Positions 29,110-44,589 of a stretch of 64,000 nucleotides of DNA are shown here, one piece after another. Made by a program: the position numbers and the translations under genes. The notes beneath the pieces are model-generated. The model was given only the letters and a program-made list of their open reading frames with translations. It searched no databases and had not been told where the DNA came from. Every line of letters starts with the position of its first letter. Positions within the stretch are counted from its first letter, which is position 1. This DNA comes from Eledone cirrhosa (taxonomy: Eukaryota): contig OZ024741.1 of the NCBI GenBank assembly GCA_964016885.1, forward strand, positions 349,308,001 through 349,372,000, written 5' to 3'.

Positions 29110-29405
29110 TACTTGTTGTAAGGTAGCAATAAATGCGTCCGTAGGCGGTATGCCGTTTAAACACTCGAACTCACGCGGAGCAGAGTATATATTATAGATA
29201 ACGAGGAATCAGTGATGCATGAAAACACACTTTATTAACATATTACATATGTTTCTCCGACGATGAGACGAAGAAATGCTTTGAAAACGATAAATACACC
29301 TAAGGACCCTGCGAGTGCAGAGTCGGGTTCGATCTATAATTGATCCTTCCTTGAGCTGATCGTCGGAGAAACATATGTAATATGTTAATAAATTGTGTTT
29401 AATGA
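29110..29405. mobile_element. PLE-like fold-back cassette related to 1203-1603
   Basis: Shares GCGTCCGTAG, GGAGCAGAGTAT and GAAACATATGTAATATGT; inverted arms ~29225-29265 and 29358-29400. Confidence 0.75.
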
Positions 29406-29409
29406 GTTT

Positions 29410-29611
29410 CAGAAGATCCCGTTAAGGGTAAAAGCAGCGATTCTTTACTCAAACTTTAATCTGTTATTTTCATAAATATTTGCTCTACGGTTCATATATA
29501 TTTGATATATATTTATCCTTATATATATATTTATCCCTCTTTGATATAAAGTTATCCCTCTTGATATATATTTATCCCTCTTTGGATTTTAGTCTTCAAA
29601 TTTATTATTAT

Positions 29612-29615
<4 letters not shown>
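29410..29615 (+). mobile_element. Dispersed TA-flanked repeat, second copy at 58048-58208
   Basis: CAGAAGATCCCGTTAAGGGT...GATTTTAGTCTTCAAATTTATTATTATTACTAT in both copies; the start resembles a decayed hammerhead core plus stem II. Confidence 0.7.
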
Positions 29616-29700
<85 letters not shown>

Positions 29701-29743
29701 AGTACTGAGCTGAAGCATATATATCTATATATCTATTTATATA

Positions 29744-29804
<61 letters not shown>

Positions 29805-30238
29805 GAAAATGAACGAGCAATACACACGAGGCAATTGTACAGTCATATATTATATACAGAGGGGAGGTGAGAAATAATGGGTACCTTAATGATACTGGCT
29901 TAATTAAAGTATTGAGAGAGTAGGAAACGATCGAAGGTATATCGGATCTATTAGATAATTTTCTGTTAGTATCAATTATAATATTAAATAAAGAAACCAT
30001 TAATTATAATATATATAAATAATATATAAGCAAGGAGGTGCTATAAAGTTAGACATGGCCTGGGCCAATACTGGTCGAAACCTATCAAAGTTATCAAAGT
30101 TATATATATATGTAAGTATGTTTTGAAACCCATGTACGTCAATAGTCATCTTTTTCCATTTATCTGAGGGTTCTAAACCCCATTATCAGGCTAAAATTCC
30201 TTTAGTCAAAAATACGGTGAAAGCTATTCTATTTTCTA

Positions 30239-30282
<44 letters not shown>

Positions 30283-30285
<3 letters not shown>

Positions 30286-30690
30286 GGAAAAAATGAAACG
30301 AAATTTCATTTCTCACTCTTTTTCATTTATCGTTTTCAGTGCGCCCGGCCGATTAACTCACTCGATATGCAAATTAGGCTGCACAGCCGTTAATATGCAT
30401 AAGGAAAGTATATACTTTCAGACGTTCAATCATCTGGCAGGAAGGTATACAGTGCTGACGATAGCTAATAAGCTTGAAACTAGTACATCGTTCCTTTGTC
30501 AGTGTTGAACAAAAGGGCAACGATCGTTGCTAAAAACTGTACGGCTTAATCCGTGATGTTTGTTTACAAACAAACCGAGCATTATAATAAATGTTCGGTA
30601 AATCCATACGTACATATATATATGTGTGCATGTATGTATATATACATACTACTGTACATCTGAATACATATATGTATGTACGTATACATA

Positions 30691-30692
<2 letters not shown>
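30283..30692 (+). mobile_element. PLE-like cassette with hammerhead at 30451-30489; sister of 34512-35302
   Basis: CTGACGA-T-AGCT-AATA-AGCT-T-GAAA-CTAG-TA; long near-identity to 34860-35240; short inverted terminus 30283-30320. Confidence 0.85.
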
Positions 30693-30759
<67 letters not shown>

Positions 30760-30760
<1 letters not shown>

Positions 30761-31176
30761 GCGGCGATGAATTAGTTTTGCGGGTTTTTTTATATGAAAT
30801 CGTGTGTCGAAACAAATATTGTTATACTTGGGGAAGGTCATATTTGTGTAATATTGCCAGAATTAATAACAGAACACACTCACTGTTTGGTTGGTTTTCG
30901 CTTCTCGCTTCTGTGTCTTTTATATCGCTAATCTAACTTACTTGGACCTCAATGTTGCCATTGAATGACCGGCGGTCAAAAATAATACAGATACAATATA
31001 GACACAAACACATATATATAGTTTATCATAAATCTTTCGTTGCACATCTGCAACATCGCCAGTGGTGCTATATTTTCCTCCTGTTGTATGTCTACGCCAT
31101 TTTTATACAGTGAGTGTGTTCTGTTATTAATTCTGGCAATATTACACAAATATGACCCTCCCCAAGTATAACAATA
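30760..31176 (-). mobile_element. PLE-like cassette with inverted segments and degenerate hammerhead (31025-31066)
   Basis: 30815-30885 is inverted at 31108-31176; minus strand CTGGCGA-T-GTTGCA-GATG-TGCAAC-GAAA-GATT-TA. Confidence 0.7.
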
Positions 31177-31190
31177 TATATATATATATA

Positions 31191-31290
<100 letters not shown>

Positions 31291-31356
31291 ATATATATGA
31301 TATATATTATAAAATAACAGGAGGCTGGACTGGTGTAATTCCTTAAAAGGTTTATT

Positions 31357-31414
31357 ATACTATGATCATTTCAGTAACCGGGTTCAGTATGAATCCGGTG
31401 ACATCATCAGGTAT
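31357..31414 (-). ncRNA. Type I hammerhead ribozyme motif followed by AATAAA
   Basis: ATAC-CTGATGA-T-GTCACCGG...CCGGTTAC-T-GAAA-TGATCA-TA-GTAT-AATAAA; intact core; same family as 58332-58712. Confidence 0.85.
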
Positions 31415-33696
31415 TCGAAATTTAACAAAGGAATATAATAGACAAAATCCATGGGGCTGAAAAGCAGAGACAGGAGGGCGGCCGAATATATAGCAGCTTC
31501 TAGCCCGGTCAGCCGCCCTCATGATATATATATATATACATATTCATGACCCTGTGAAAAGCAGGCGAAACTGCAGAGTAAAAAGTCTCACTTATAAAAT
31601 GAATATTTAAACTCTACTTCGGTCGTTAACTAGAGAGGGAGCGAGAGAGAGACACATATACATAACATCTATCTATCAATCTATATACCTACCTATCCAT
31701 CTGTCATCTGCATGTCTCATGTCACACTGCTCGTCTGTCTATCTATCCGTCTGTCTACCTATAAACTACAACTTGCCTACTACCAATCTACATACCACCT
31801 AGCTCCCTATATATCTGGCCGTCAATCTTGCTACCTATCAATCTACATACGTACATGCCTGTCAAATTAGACTGTCGGTCTATCTATCTACCTATCTATC
31901 TATCTACCTATCTTTCAATGTGTGTGCATATATACGTTTTATTTCCGTCGGAATACTCCAAGAATGGTGTTTGACTATTTTTTTCAGACACCATGAGCCC
32001 TAATGAACCAATTATACCGTCGGCAGAGATCTAGACAGTGTATCTCTATGGTCCATGACCACGGAGTTTTGTACTTGTTGCTCATATTATAATATCACAC
32101 GTGACGCACGTGGCTCCCTTCACCTTTCTTTGTTAATTTGCTTAATAGCCATTGCTGAGTAATAATATATTACTATACGTGCCAATTATTTGAAAATATG
32201 CTTTTAGCATATTCAATGTTAAAACTGTATTATCACCGACTTGTGTTTGATATTGGTGTAATATGTTTACATGAGAGCAGTTTAACACATTTTATTCGTA
32301 AGACAGTGAAGATTAGGGTCGGAATGTGTTCATCTCTCATTTATCTGTCCAGCTAGCCAACTAGCTATCAATTGCTTATCTACTCAGAGACGGTGGAAAT
32401 GGGGTCGTTACCCCCAATAATTATATTTTTCTCCCCAAACTACCAAAATACACATCTATTTGTATATGCACTACAACATATGTACATGTAATGTTTATAG
32501 CATATCCAAGTTTTTTTTTTATATATTTGGTTGATATTTGATAACAGCTAAACTAATCACTAGAACTAAATCCCCCCTCCCCCCACCCACCCCCACACTA
32601 ATTCAGAAATTCTTCCTCCGCTCCTGCTACTTGCCTGTCTGTATCTCCCTCTCTCAATCTATATATGATAGTAGTTGTTGACCCAATGTCGAGCAAAACC
32701 ACTTTTCTTACTGCATTCATTTGCCTGTATGATATATGTTACTCTCTATGACATAGAGTCTATGTCATGGCACCTTAGATGAATACCAAGCTACAATTTT
32801 GTTATAAATAATTATGACAGATATATCACGTAATTTGATTAAACACTTCAACAGGATCTGCAAGCTGGTGCATTCGTTCAGAATGGATTTTCACTCTAGC
32901 ACTGGATCAAGATACCTTTAAAGATTAGCTGTGCACAGATGGATTTGATGGAAATGAATACTTGAAAACGTCTCATGTTGGACTCCTGACATCTGACATA
33001 ACATGGCTGACAGGACCGGCTTCTGAAAGTATAGTACGACCACAGATAGTACAGGTGGGATCTACTGTGGTTTCTTTATCGTATGAAACGTCAACAGTTT
33101 TCAGACTGTTCTACATGGTTGCCGACAGACATTCATTTCTCTTCCGCTCTTGATGTTCCTAAGTTACAGAGCTAATATTCAAAGACAGAAGTCTATCTTC
33201 CGTGCTGGTATGTGTGTGTGGGGTGGGGGGTGGGGGGTGATCAAACTTTGACCAAACTATTCCATATGATACTTCTTAATAAGGCGAGCTTCGATACTGA
33301 AGCAGCCAGTTTTTCCCAAAATTTCTGTATCAGGTATAAACGATTTCCAACAAACGTATGATATGCCTTAAAAATCACTAAAAATCACTAGCGGAAAAGT
33401 TCGAGTATTTGGACACGTTGTCGATACTTTTCAGAAGTCCCAGACGTGTATAGTGCAGATGTGATAACGCAGACATCATTACGAAAATACTTCTGGTATT
33501 GTCTCAATTCTGTCTGATTAGACACAATTTTCGAAACTTCCAAATGCAATCAAAGTATTCGTCTCAAAATTAAGTGAATCGTATCGAGCGGTGGTCGACC
33601 CAACAAGAGGTTGTTATTCTGACAGCAACATGGGAGAGGCGACAGGGGAAAAGAGAAAATAGAAGGGAGAGAAAAAGAGTCGAATATATATATATA

Positions 33697-34275
33697 CAAA
33701 TGGAAGTTTAGTAAAATCGAAGTTTTGGATGTGGCCAAGCTAACGATATACAATCAGGAATGTGCAGCAAAGCACTCGACAAGGTCGTGTCCCCTTAGAG
33801 TAATAACATACATTAGAAAGCTTGACAAATTGAAGACTGCGACCGATGACCCAGCCACATGAATCAAAGCAACGAGAAAACCAAATCAGGTATTGACAAA
33901 CCTGGACCATCTCATCGATATTAAGCAATATCTGCGATAGGTTACTATGAATTCGAAATCAACAATTCCACTTGCGCAGTATGCAAGTTTTTGGTTTTGG
34001 ATGACCGAATAGTGGATTCACTTTATCAACAGGCTTCCGTTCTGTGCAGTAAACTGCTGGCGATCACGTGGTTTTTACCAAAGGGATGTAACCCCCGGTT
34101 TTTGGCGGGCGAATTCAAATTGTGAACAAAGGAATAAATTCCATTCCTCAAACCGAATAAAGCTCTCGACTAGACGTTGTTAAACAAACATAAATAATTA
34201 ACCAATCAATAGAATTGTCTAATTAAATTAATTAATTAATCATTAAGTCTAATGAAAGTTTAGTAAAATCGAATA
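33697..34275 (-). mobile_element. PLE-like cassette with terminal direct repeat and tail hairpin
   Basis: AAGTTTAGTAAAATCGAA at both 33703 and 34256; TACTCT-AAGG...CCTT-GTC-GAGTGCT on the minus strand at 33771-33802. Confidence 0.55.
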
Positions 34276-34398
34276 TATTAGTCTATATATCTATTTACTA
34301 TGCTCAATCAATCTTCTGAAACGATCGTAAAACAATGAACTAATTAAGAATCTATCTTCGACATTTATTTCATTTTCATTGTTCAACACACACACAAA

Positions 34399-35302
<904 letters not shown>

Positions 35303-35444
35303 TAAATAAATCTGTTTATATATATGTATGTTTATACATGTACATACATGTACGTACGTATGTATGTTTATACATGTACATACGCCTGTGTGTGTGTGGT
35401 TGTATACATCTAGGAGATTATTATGTGAAGAGTAGATAGGGCTG

Positions 35445-35475
<31 letters not shown>

Positions 35476-35910
35476 CGTCACATGAGATGCCTTACTACAT
35501 TTTGAAGGGTCTGTTTTTGTCGGTATTGGTATGTCAAAATTGAAGGTTAAGACAGCGAAAATGATGTTAGAAAGGAAAGTTGTTTGAGGTCGTGAACCTG
35601 GACAGTTTGGTGGTATGTCTGGGAGGGGTGGAATGTGTTGTTAATGTTGGTGGTGCTGCTGATGGTGGTGGTGTTGATGGTGGTGGTGTCAGTGGGCTTG
35701 TGGGCAGGTGATTAAAGTCAATTATCAATGTGGGCCCCTCCCCTTTTTAAGCCCTCTTTCTTGATACCACTGCCACACCCTGTCTTCTTCTCCCTTTTCT
35801 TCGTGCTCTCTCTCTCTCTTTCTCCATTAACTTTTTTTTTAATTTCCTTACTCAGCAAGGTATCAACTTATTTCTGTGCTAAGCCTGTAGACGGGACGAT
35901 ATTGATGGCG

Positions 35911-35994
<84 letters not shown>

Positions 35995-37002
35995 ATTGTT
36001 GTTGTTGGAGTAATTTTTGTTCTGATTACAGTGGTGGTATGCGTTGATGTGATCAAATTTGTATTGTCTTTTGTCATGCGGTCTGCTCAACAAGAGTTGA
36101 CCTAGGGTTAAACATCAGCAACAACAGCAACAACCACACTACCACAGCCTCCCATCATTTTGAACAGCTTGGGACTTGATTTTCCTTACTTTTATTAAGA
36201 AAGTAGGATGAGGGATTTGAGTTAAAAATAGCTGCTATTTCTTGCATGCCGAGTAACTACATAAAATATTGGTGGTGGTGGTGGTGATGGTAGTGGTGAT
36301 AGTGGTGGTATGGTGGTGGTGGTGGTGGTGGTGGTGTGTTGGTGGTGCTTGTGGTGATGGATATGGTGGTGGTGGTGGTGGTGGTGAAAGATGTGGTGGT
36401 GGTGATGGATGCGGTTGTGGTGGTGGTGATGGATGCGGTTGTGGTGGTGGTGTTAGTGGTGTTGATGTTGGTGGTGGTGGTGATGGATGTAGTGGTGTAG
36501 GGGATGATGGTGGTGGTGGTGGTGGTTTTGCTGGTTAAGCTCTGGTGGGATACTTGATACTGAGAAACAGTGAGAAAGAAAGTAAGAGGTTAGTGTGCGG
36601 AAGGAGAGAAATAGAGGTGTCTGGAGAGGTGAAGTTGGGGTGGTGATGGTGTATATTAGTAGAGAATGAGATACAGTGAGGGGGGTTGTAGGGTGATATG
36701 AGCGAAACCCCGGATATCATGGGAGGGCTACACCGCTTTTTTGTATATCTGTATATGTATTTATATATAATCTCTCTCTCTGTATATATATATATATATA
36801 TATCTCAAAGGCATGTGTTGAGTTAGAAACTCAAAATAGTCTCATTACAGTAAATTAGCTCTAAGAGAGAGGTTTTTCCGAGACGTATATTATAACTGAA
36901 CAAAAAAGAAAAACGAACACAGACATATATGTCTGTGTTCGTTTTTCTGTATAACCAGTTCCTGATTATTACTAGAATTCTATAAGAATCAAGCATTCAT
37001 GA

Positions 37003-37095
37003 TTTTCAGCAAACAGGAGGAGTAGCTAGCTTTGATAAGCACCAAAAAGTGCGAAACAGAGGTCTGTCAGCTTTATCTCCCCTGTTTGCTGAAAA
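37003..37095 (+). ncRNA. Degenerate hammerhead with long stem I
   Basis: TTTTCAGCAAACAGG...AGCT-TTGATAA-GCAC-CAAAAA-GTGC-GAAA-CAGA-GG-TCTG-TC-AGCT...CCTGTTTGCTGAAAA; two core substitutions. Confidence 0.7.
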
Positions 37096-37197
37096 TTAAA
37101 GTAAATGAGACTGTCACTACTCTAAAACAATAGCGTAAGGTCTTCGAAATGCTCTTAATTAAACATACAGTGTATTTTGTAATACACTATATATACA

Positions 37198-37329
<132 letters not shown>

Positions 37330-37703
37330 GTTAGAGTCTGTGTGTGAGAGAGAGGGGTGGAGGGAGATATACAGGTAGAAAATAGCGTATGATTATAGAG
37401 TAGAGAAAGAAAGAAAAAAAGAAAGAAGGAAAGATGAAAAGAGAGAATAAGGTCATGAGAGCTGAAAGGAAACGGTGTTAATGATATACGCGAAATCAAT
37501 AAAAAAAAATAGGGAATCGCGATGGTGAAGGTGAAAACGTATGCTAGTGTACATAAATGGATTTCATATGATTTTTCTTTTTATACTAAACATGCTCACA
37601 CATTTAATGGTGACGGAATGATTCAATTAATGAAATCCACCAATGTATTTCACCGTTATTTTTACTAAAGTTACTGTTAAAAGAAAGCACAATTTCGCCC
37701 GTA

Positions 37704-37792
<89 letters not shown>

Positions 37793-37819
37793 TACAAACA
37801 AACATGCATGCATACACAC

Positions 37820-37852
<33 letters not shown>

Positions 37853-37854
37853 TT

Positions 37855-38120
37855 GGAGGTGCGTGGCCTAGTGGTAAGGGTGTTGGACTTACGATCATAA
37901 CGTGGTGAGTTCCATTCCTGGGTTGCCTGTTATGTTCATTTCACGTTGCTCCAGTATACTCAGCTGGAAAATGAGTACCAACAGTAGCTGGGAGTTTATC
38001 CATGCGATGGACTGGCGTCATGTCCAGGAGGGAGTCTTGTACTTTCAGTCACTTCACGCCATGAAACCTGGATAAGCACCGGCCAAATCAGCCTTTTGGC
38101 TTAAGACAGATTTTAGACTT
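37855..38120 (+). mobile_element. tRNA-derived SINE (family B), near full length
   Basis: A box TGGCCTAGTGG, degenerate B box GAGTTCCATTCC, body GCGATGGACTGGCGTCATGTCCAGG...GAAACCTGGATAAGC. Confidence 0.8.
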
Positions 38121-38125
38121 TTTAG

Positions 38126-38201
<76 letters not shown>

Positions 38202-38469
38202 TATAGAAATGCAAACTACAGGACTAGAACTGTTTTATTGGTATGAAATCACTCTCCTGGTGAAGTCAGTACTTTAGGTAGCCTTTTCCCAAAAATATAT
38301 TAGTCTCCACCCAACGCTGAATAAAATAGAGATAGGCCTACAACCTGTCCTGTGATGCGTGTGATGGATGCACAATCGTTGCCTATCCCGAGACCCCAAG
38401 ATGGGTTTAGAATAGAGCAAACTGTAACTATGATATATATAACAGAAGGCCAAACTGAATATATCCTTT

Positions 38470-39030
38470 TAAGGTTTTTATGTTTAAAAAAATACTATAC
38501 ATATTTCAATGGCATAATCCGATCCTGACGCAAGACCTTGGGAACACCGTCTGGTGCTTTTAAATTTCTTCACCGTCAGGCTACGCTGATTTTAGGCCAA
38601 TGAAACAGAGTTTAGCATGAGACCCTTAGGTTTTGATTAACAGTGTGGCTTTATCTATTAACAGCATAATTTCTGTCACCACCAAACAACACCCAACTCC
38701 TCGGTCGCACCTAACAAACCCACAATTTGAGTGTGTTATTCAGAGATGGTTCGCCTCAACAATAACACCGAATTTTGCGAGCCATCTCTTAATCAAGTAT
38801 ATACTCTCTTAGTGTTTGCCGTTATTCCTTTTATTACTTAACTAATTATGCAATCCACACCTGACGATGCCACCAAGGTCTTGCGTTATGATCAGATGAT
38901 ACAACTTGGCCATTAAAATATGTATAGTGTTTTCTGTAACATTAAAACTAAAAGATGGTATGGCTTAAAGGGTGTGACCCTGGCTTATCACACCTTTTGC
39001 CTTCTCTTCACTAACTTTGCCCAGCCTCAC
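38470..39030 (+). mobile_element. Older PLE-like fold-back cassette; hammerhead at 38857-38930
   Basis: ACAC-CTGACGA-long stem II-AAAA-TATGTA-TA-GTGT; the inverted copy at ~38490-38557 retains GAAA. Confidence 0.65.
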
Positions 39031-39238
39031 ATTTATATATATAAACTTCTAGCTTTCGTGTTTATATCGATGTTCCTTCGAAAAAAAAAGTACATTGTTA
39101 TCTATTTTGCACATTATATGCATAAAGAGAGGGGGAAGTAAAGACAATTCTAGTTAATTAATCGTTCAATATTAACACAAAATAAATTGTCAGCGATGAT
39201 ATACAGCCATTGACGGACTTCATATGTGCGTCTGTATC

Positions 39239-39379
<141 letters not shown>

Positions 39380-39408
39380 TATCATATATACCTATTTATG
39401 TATCACAC

Positions 39409-39462
<54 letters not shown>

Positions 39463-40079
39463 GCCCGACGACACACAAATGTATACATACATACATGCAT
39501 ACACACATACATACACATATATACCTACTACCTTGCATTAAATGTAAGGTTAAGGTCGTTAACTAGAACATTGTAGCTATGAAAGTGCAAAGTGGGCGAA
39601 ACACTGATAGAAATATAGAAAGGGGAGAGAGGCTATGGCTAAAAATGCTTGAAGACATAAACAAAACGACTGAATTTTTTTTTTTTTTCTCGTTGTAAAG
39701 TTATTCCACGCTTTGTAAATTGTTATGGCATTTTAGCAGGTTTTCGTGATTTGTGCGTGTATATGTATGCTAGTATAAGTAATGCGCTTGTGTGTGCGAT
39801 TTTTGTATCTTTTGATTGTTTGCCGAGTCATTTGAGTGTATGGTTACATTTGTGCATGTCATGGAGTTTGTTGTTGTTGTTCAGCCCCTACTCAGGTAAA
39901 TGTTAATCGAGTAGACCTAGGATCAAAGACATACTAGCCATGACCACCCCGTCCTTTTCCTGTGCGCAGGACATTGATGACTAAATTTCTCAATTACTCT
40001 TTTTCAAAGAGGGTTGGGTTGTAGTGTGGTGTGGTGTGGTGTGTTGTGGTGTGGTATGTTGTGCCGGAGAACTGGCTCA

Positions 40080-40960
40080 CACTTTTACCAGAAGGTTCCC
40101 TCAAGGATTTTTGATCTACCTATTATTAATACACATAATTCCTTTTATCATATATCTAGATGTTTTCAATTCAAACCCAGTCAACTGCAGTGAATATATT
40201 TCACTACGAGTGATCTTCTCCATTGTTCTCTCAATAGTTCTGATGAGCTTTCTTCTTTGTTGTCTCATCTTCATGAGTTTCTAACGGAGTACCAGGCTTA
40301 CAATTAGGTTTCGTCCATTTAGAGCTGAAGTTCCTGAACGTAATCGCATTTTTCCCGCATACGTGAACAGCCGTCAACCATGGTTTGCTGGCCAGCAAAG
40401 ATATAGTTAAGCTTTATTTAAACCTCTATTCATATGGGTCTCCTAGCTATCAGGTGAGCAGTTCTATCCCTGGGAGTTGATCAGTCACTTGTGGTGCTGC
40501 TGAGTCGTACCATTGCCTAGGTTTTTAGACAAAACAACCAATATGACAAGTTTCCTACATGTGGGTTTCCTGCTACGTACTTCCAGTTTGTTAGACTTGC
40601 ACACATCACAGATCTCTCCATTGCTCATTTGAATGAAACGATGTCTGGTGTCCGTTCAGTGGTATAAGAAGTTCCCGTGCATGAATTGTATTATAGTGAA
40701 TGTAGCATACACACCATGTACCACGCCCACTTTTCAGACAAATCTAGCAGAAAAGGTCGATGGTTGGACCAGGAACTGATTCATCTTTAGGTATTGCGTT
40801 AGAGATTTTCTCTCCAAGTAAATTTTAGATGGCTATTGACTCTTATCTGTTCCTCCGCCCTTTGACCGGTTTTGTTTTCCATTCCGCAATATGTACAAAA
40901 ATATCATCTTCCTCACCAAGTCAGCTTGGTGGGGTTTCCAGTTCAGTCACTGACTACTCG
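40080..40960 (-). mobile_element. Highly decayed LINE remnant, probably RTE-type APE region
   Basis: Non-repetitive, coding-like composition with only fragmentary APE-like peptides; no long ORF. Confidence 0.3.
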
Positions 40961-43362
40961 ACCATGTGACAGGTTGTATTGTTACCAGTAGCGCCCAAGA
41001 GCGACCTGACATAAAGGTAATAGTTGAGAAAATTGGTTTAATTACCCAATTTACTCAACTACCATCTATGGCGATCGACTGTTATTACAGTTATTTCCTG
41101 TGTTTAAGACTTTCCTATTTTCAGGCTTCAAATACTTTCAGTGTTTCGATAATTCATAGAGTTTATTTATTATATTTAATAATAAAAAGTTGAAATATAT
41201 AAGAGAATGGACATTATGGATAGGAGTGGGATTTTTCCCACATGCAAAACCATTCATATTAACTGAATATTTTTGTAAACCTATGCTCTAACCCATCGAT
41301 TAGAAATGATCTGTGAAATTATTTCCTATTTTAACTATAATTATATTATACAATATGATGATTCTTTCATATTTCTCTGTCACACTTTGTAATTATGTCA
41401 TAATTTTCTATTCGAAAAATATTTTTCATAACATCATTTCGATTGCATATTTCCAAAACTAAAGGGCCATAATTGAACTAATATGTTAACTGTAGTAAAT
41501 ATTATAATTTCTATTGTTGGTGTTTAGTCACCCTAGTCAAACCAGATTGAGCAACATTATGATTAAAGGCATTCCAGCAATGATCATGTCTCGTTTTCTT
41601 TTCAGGGTTGTCTGGAAATACAATATTCAATGTGTTCTCTTTCCTTTAAAGACGGTAGGGTGTGGTCTAAGGAGGATATAGCTGCAATTATGAAAATAAT
41701 TATACTCTACATATTCTAAGTAATTTTATTTTGCTTCCTGAAACAAAAAATAAAATACGTAAATAAAAGTAGACATCAGTGAATTCATATTGTACTGCAC
41801 AGTGATTAGAATGAATTGAATTGTGAAATGCAGTTTTTTTTTTTATGAATAAACATGCAATTTTAACCTCATGGTGAAACAAAATAGGTTGCTATAACAT
41901 AGATTTTTATCTTTTTGTTGCCAGAAAAGACATGATTATTCCGAATAGTTTCTAGTCTTAGGATGTCATTAGACAAAAAATACCCATCACTTTTCTATGG
42001 AAATGTTATTGCCTCATACCTATTCATAGTGCACATAAACAAGGATGAGAACGCTGAGATAAAGTGGTTAGAGTGATAGGATCACGATCATAAGGTCATG
42101 GTGTTTTTTTGCCAGATTATTGACGAATTGTATACTTAAGAGTACCAGTGTCAGTTGGAGGTTAGCTTTGCGATGGAATGGCGTTCTGTTTAGAAGTACG
42201 TTTTGTAATCACAGTCATTTAACTGAGATAATCTTCAGGTTTACTCCAGCCCATACCACAAAACTTGGACGAACGAACGGTAACTCTATGTCACAAAAAA
42301 AGTATTAGCTAATCTGGTTGTTCCACATTGCATAACTGCATGCTTAAAAAATTGTATTAATTTATTTATTTATAGCACTGGGTAATTTAAAATGTCATGT
42401 ACGCCGTCTTTTTTTTTTTTTTTTTTACATAAACATACTGTTAGCTTTGCTGTAAAAAGTAAACACGTGGATTACACTATAGGTTTTTATCTCGATGTGG
42501 ATTGGAGAAAGAGGTGGTGACCTGGCTCTTTTCTCATCTTTAAAGAAACATAATCCCAGTTATACAATGATGATGATTTGATTGATTCCAACATTCTATA
42601 GATTATAAATAGCTATAAGCTAGTAAATTCTCTATTCTTTCTCTAATGAAGATCTAAAACAACTACAAAATAGTTAAATCGGTCAGATTTCTACTCCAGG
42701 AGAAATAAATCATACGATGTAGGTTTAAAAATGCGAGGATATATTGGACAATAGGAGCCATGTTAAACGAAAGAACTCGAGAGTCAATCCAAGAAAACAT
42801 TTCATCATACAATCCTATATCTACTCAGTCAGGGTTAACGTGTAGCTAAACAGCTAAAGCAAAGACAACGCCATAATGTTATAGCGCTGCATGTCTTTTA
42901 TAGATATGCATGACAACTAAAAACGTATTGAGTGAGCTATGGATCGCACATATATGAAATTGCAAGTTGAAAACTTAGATCAACTAATATGTCAAGCAAT
43001 CAGAAAACAAAAAAACCGCTTTAGGCAATATATAGAATTGAAAAACATAACAAAGATATATAACACCAAATAAATTAGTTGGTTGGAAGTGTTGGGCAAT
43101 AGAGACAATTTAGTTTGAAATGGGTATGGTCTTTAAAGCCAGCTGGTGAAAACAACGATCTTGGAAAGTCTTAGATATATGTAAAGGTTCGGGTAGGATA
43201 TGATGGCGCCTTAACAATCCTGCATGTCTATAAATATTATACACTCAGACTACACACTCAGACATGTTCCTGGGAGGTGTATTTAAGATTTTTAAGCTAG
43301 AACAATTAAATATACCGATTTATATTGACATATTTTATCATGTGTGTATGCAAACACAACAC

Positions 43363-43414
<52 letters not shown>

Positions 43415-43415
43415 G

Positions 43416-43450
<35 letters not shown>

Positions 43451-44589
43451 GCACACGCTCACTCACACACACATATACACACATACACACACACATATAC
43501 ACACACATACACACACACACACATATATATATATATGTATTTACTATATTTATTACTCTAACACATGCCCTACCATTTATACATACATGCGTATATGTGC
43601 CCCAAAATAACCGCATGTGTACATGTATATATATGTGTTTGTGTTTGTGTGCGTGCGTGTGTGCGTGCGTGTGTGCGTGTGTGATTGTACCTATCTACAC
43701 ATAGCCATGTAGTAATTATAAACGACGAAAACAAAAACATCTCACCACCATCACCACCATCTCCACCACCATTACTACCACTTTCACTCAGCAGTGTCAC
43801 CCATTCGTCGCTCCCTATTTTTTAAGAGTCTCTACAAGTTACAATTCCCACCCCCATAACTAGCCCTTTTCCTTAGTGGTTTCCTCCTCGAGTAACACTT
43901 GAGTAAAATGCTTTACATAATATACATACTTATCCGTCTTCTTAAAGAGGGAAGGTTGTGATTTGGCTGTTATTTCTAGCGTTGTTGTGATTACAAAATC
44001 GATCCCTTTGTAGAATTAAGAAGTGCTACGACAGTGGTAGCTGTGTGATGTTCGGAATGTGGTGTGATGTGTAATAGGTATGTAGTATGTAAGGAGTGTA
44101 TTTGGTGTTGTGAAATACGAATTGTGTATAATGGCAGGTGCTATGGGGTGGGGAGAGGGGTTCTGTCGTTTCATCAAAACGGAGCCAAGAAATCCAAGTA
44201 GGGGTCCGTTTATATTTGACACCCACTCCATCTTAGTCCCTTTGAAATATAAGATGTGGTCGGCCCCCAGTCTCCAATCTTCTTGCCCGCCAAATATTTC
44301 ACATGATTATATTGTGGGGTGCGGTATGTAGTTTAGTGTATTGTTTGTTTTTGATGTTCAGCCTTGGGTCAATCCTGATTCAACAGAGTCATGATCTAAA
44401 GTAGTGGTCTCAAAAACAGGGCCCGAGGAATAGCAATTTTTGTGTTTTGGTAATCTGTCCCTTGGCTGTTCCATAATTCAGGCAATTTTGCCAATGAAAT
44501 GCAAATAGAAAAACGGAATTTATCAAAAGTGAAAACAGATTAAAAAAATGAATTTACCAAACCTAAAAGGGCAGGTCAAGGGCAGTTTC

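Noticed and set aside
32385-32626. Possible hAT MITE (CAGAGACGGTGGA...TCCTCCGCTCCTG)
   Set aside because: TIRs are imperfect and only a 5-bp flank match (CTACT) is present, not an 8-bp TSD
36269-36538. Gly/Cys-rich 89-aa ORF resembling a structural protein
   Set aside because: Degenerate (GGT)n repeat with a non-ATG start and no gene context
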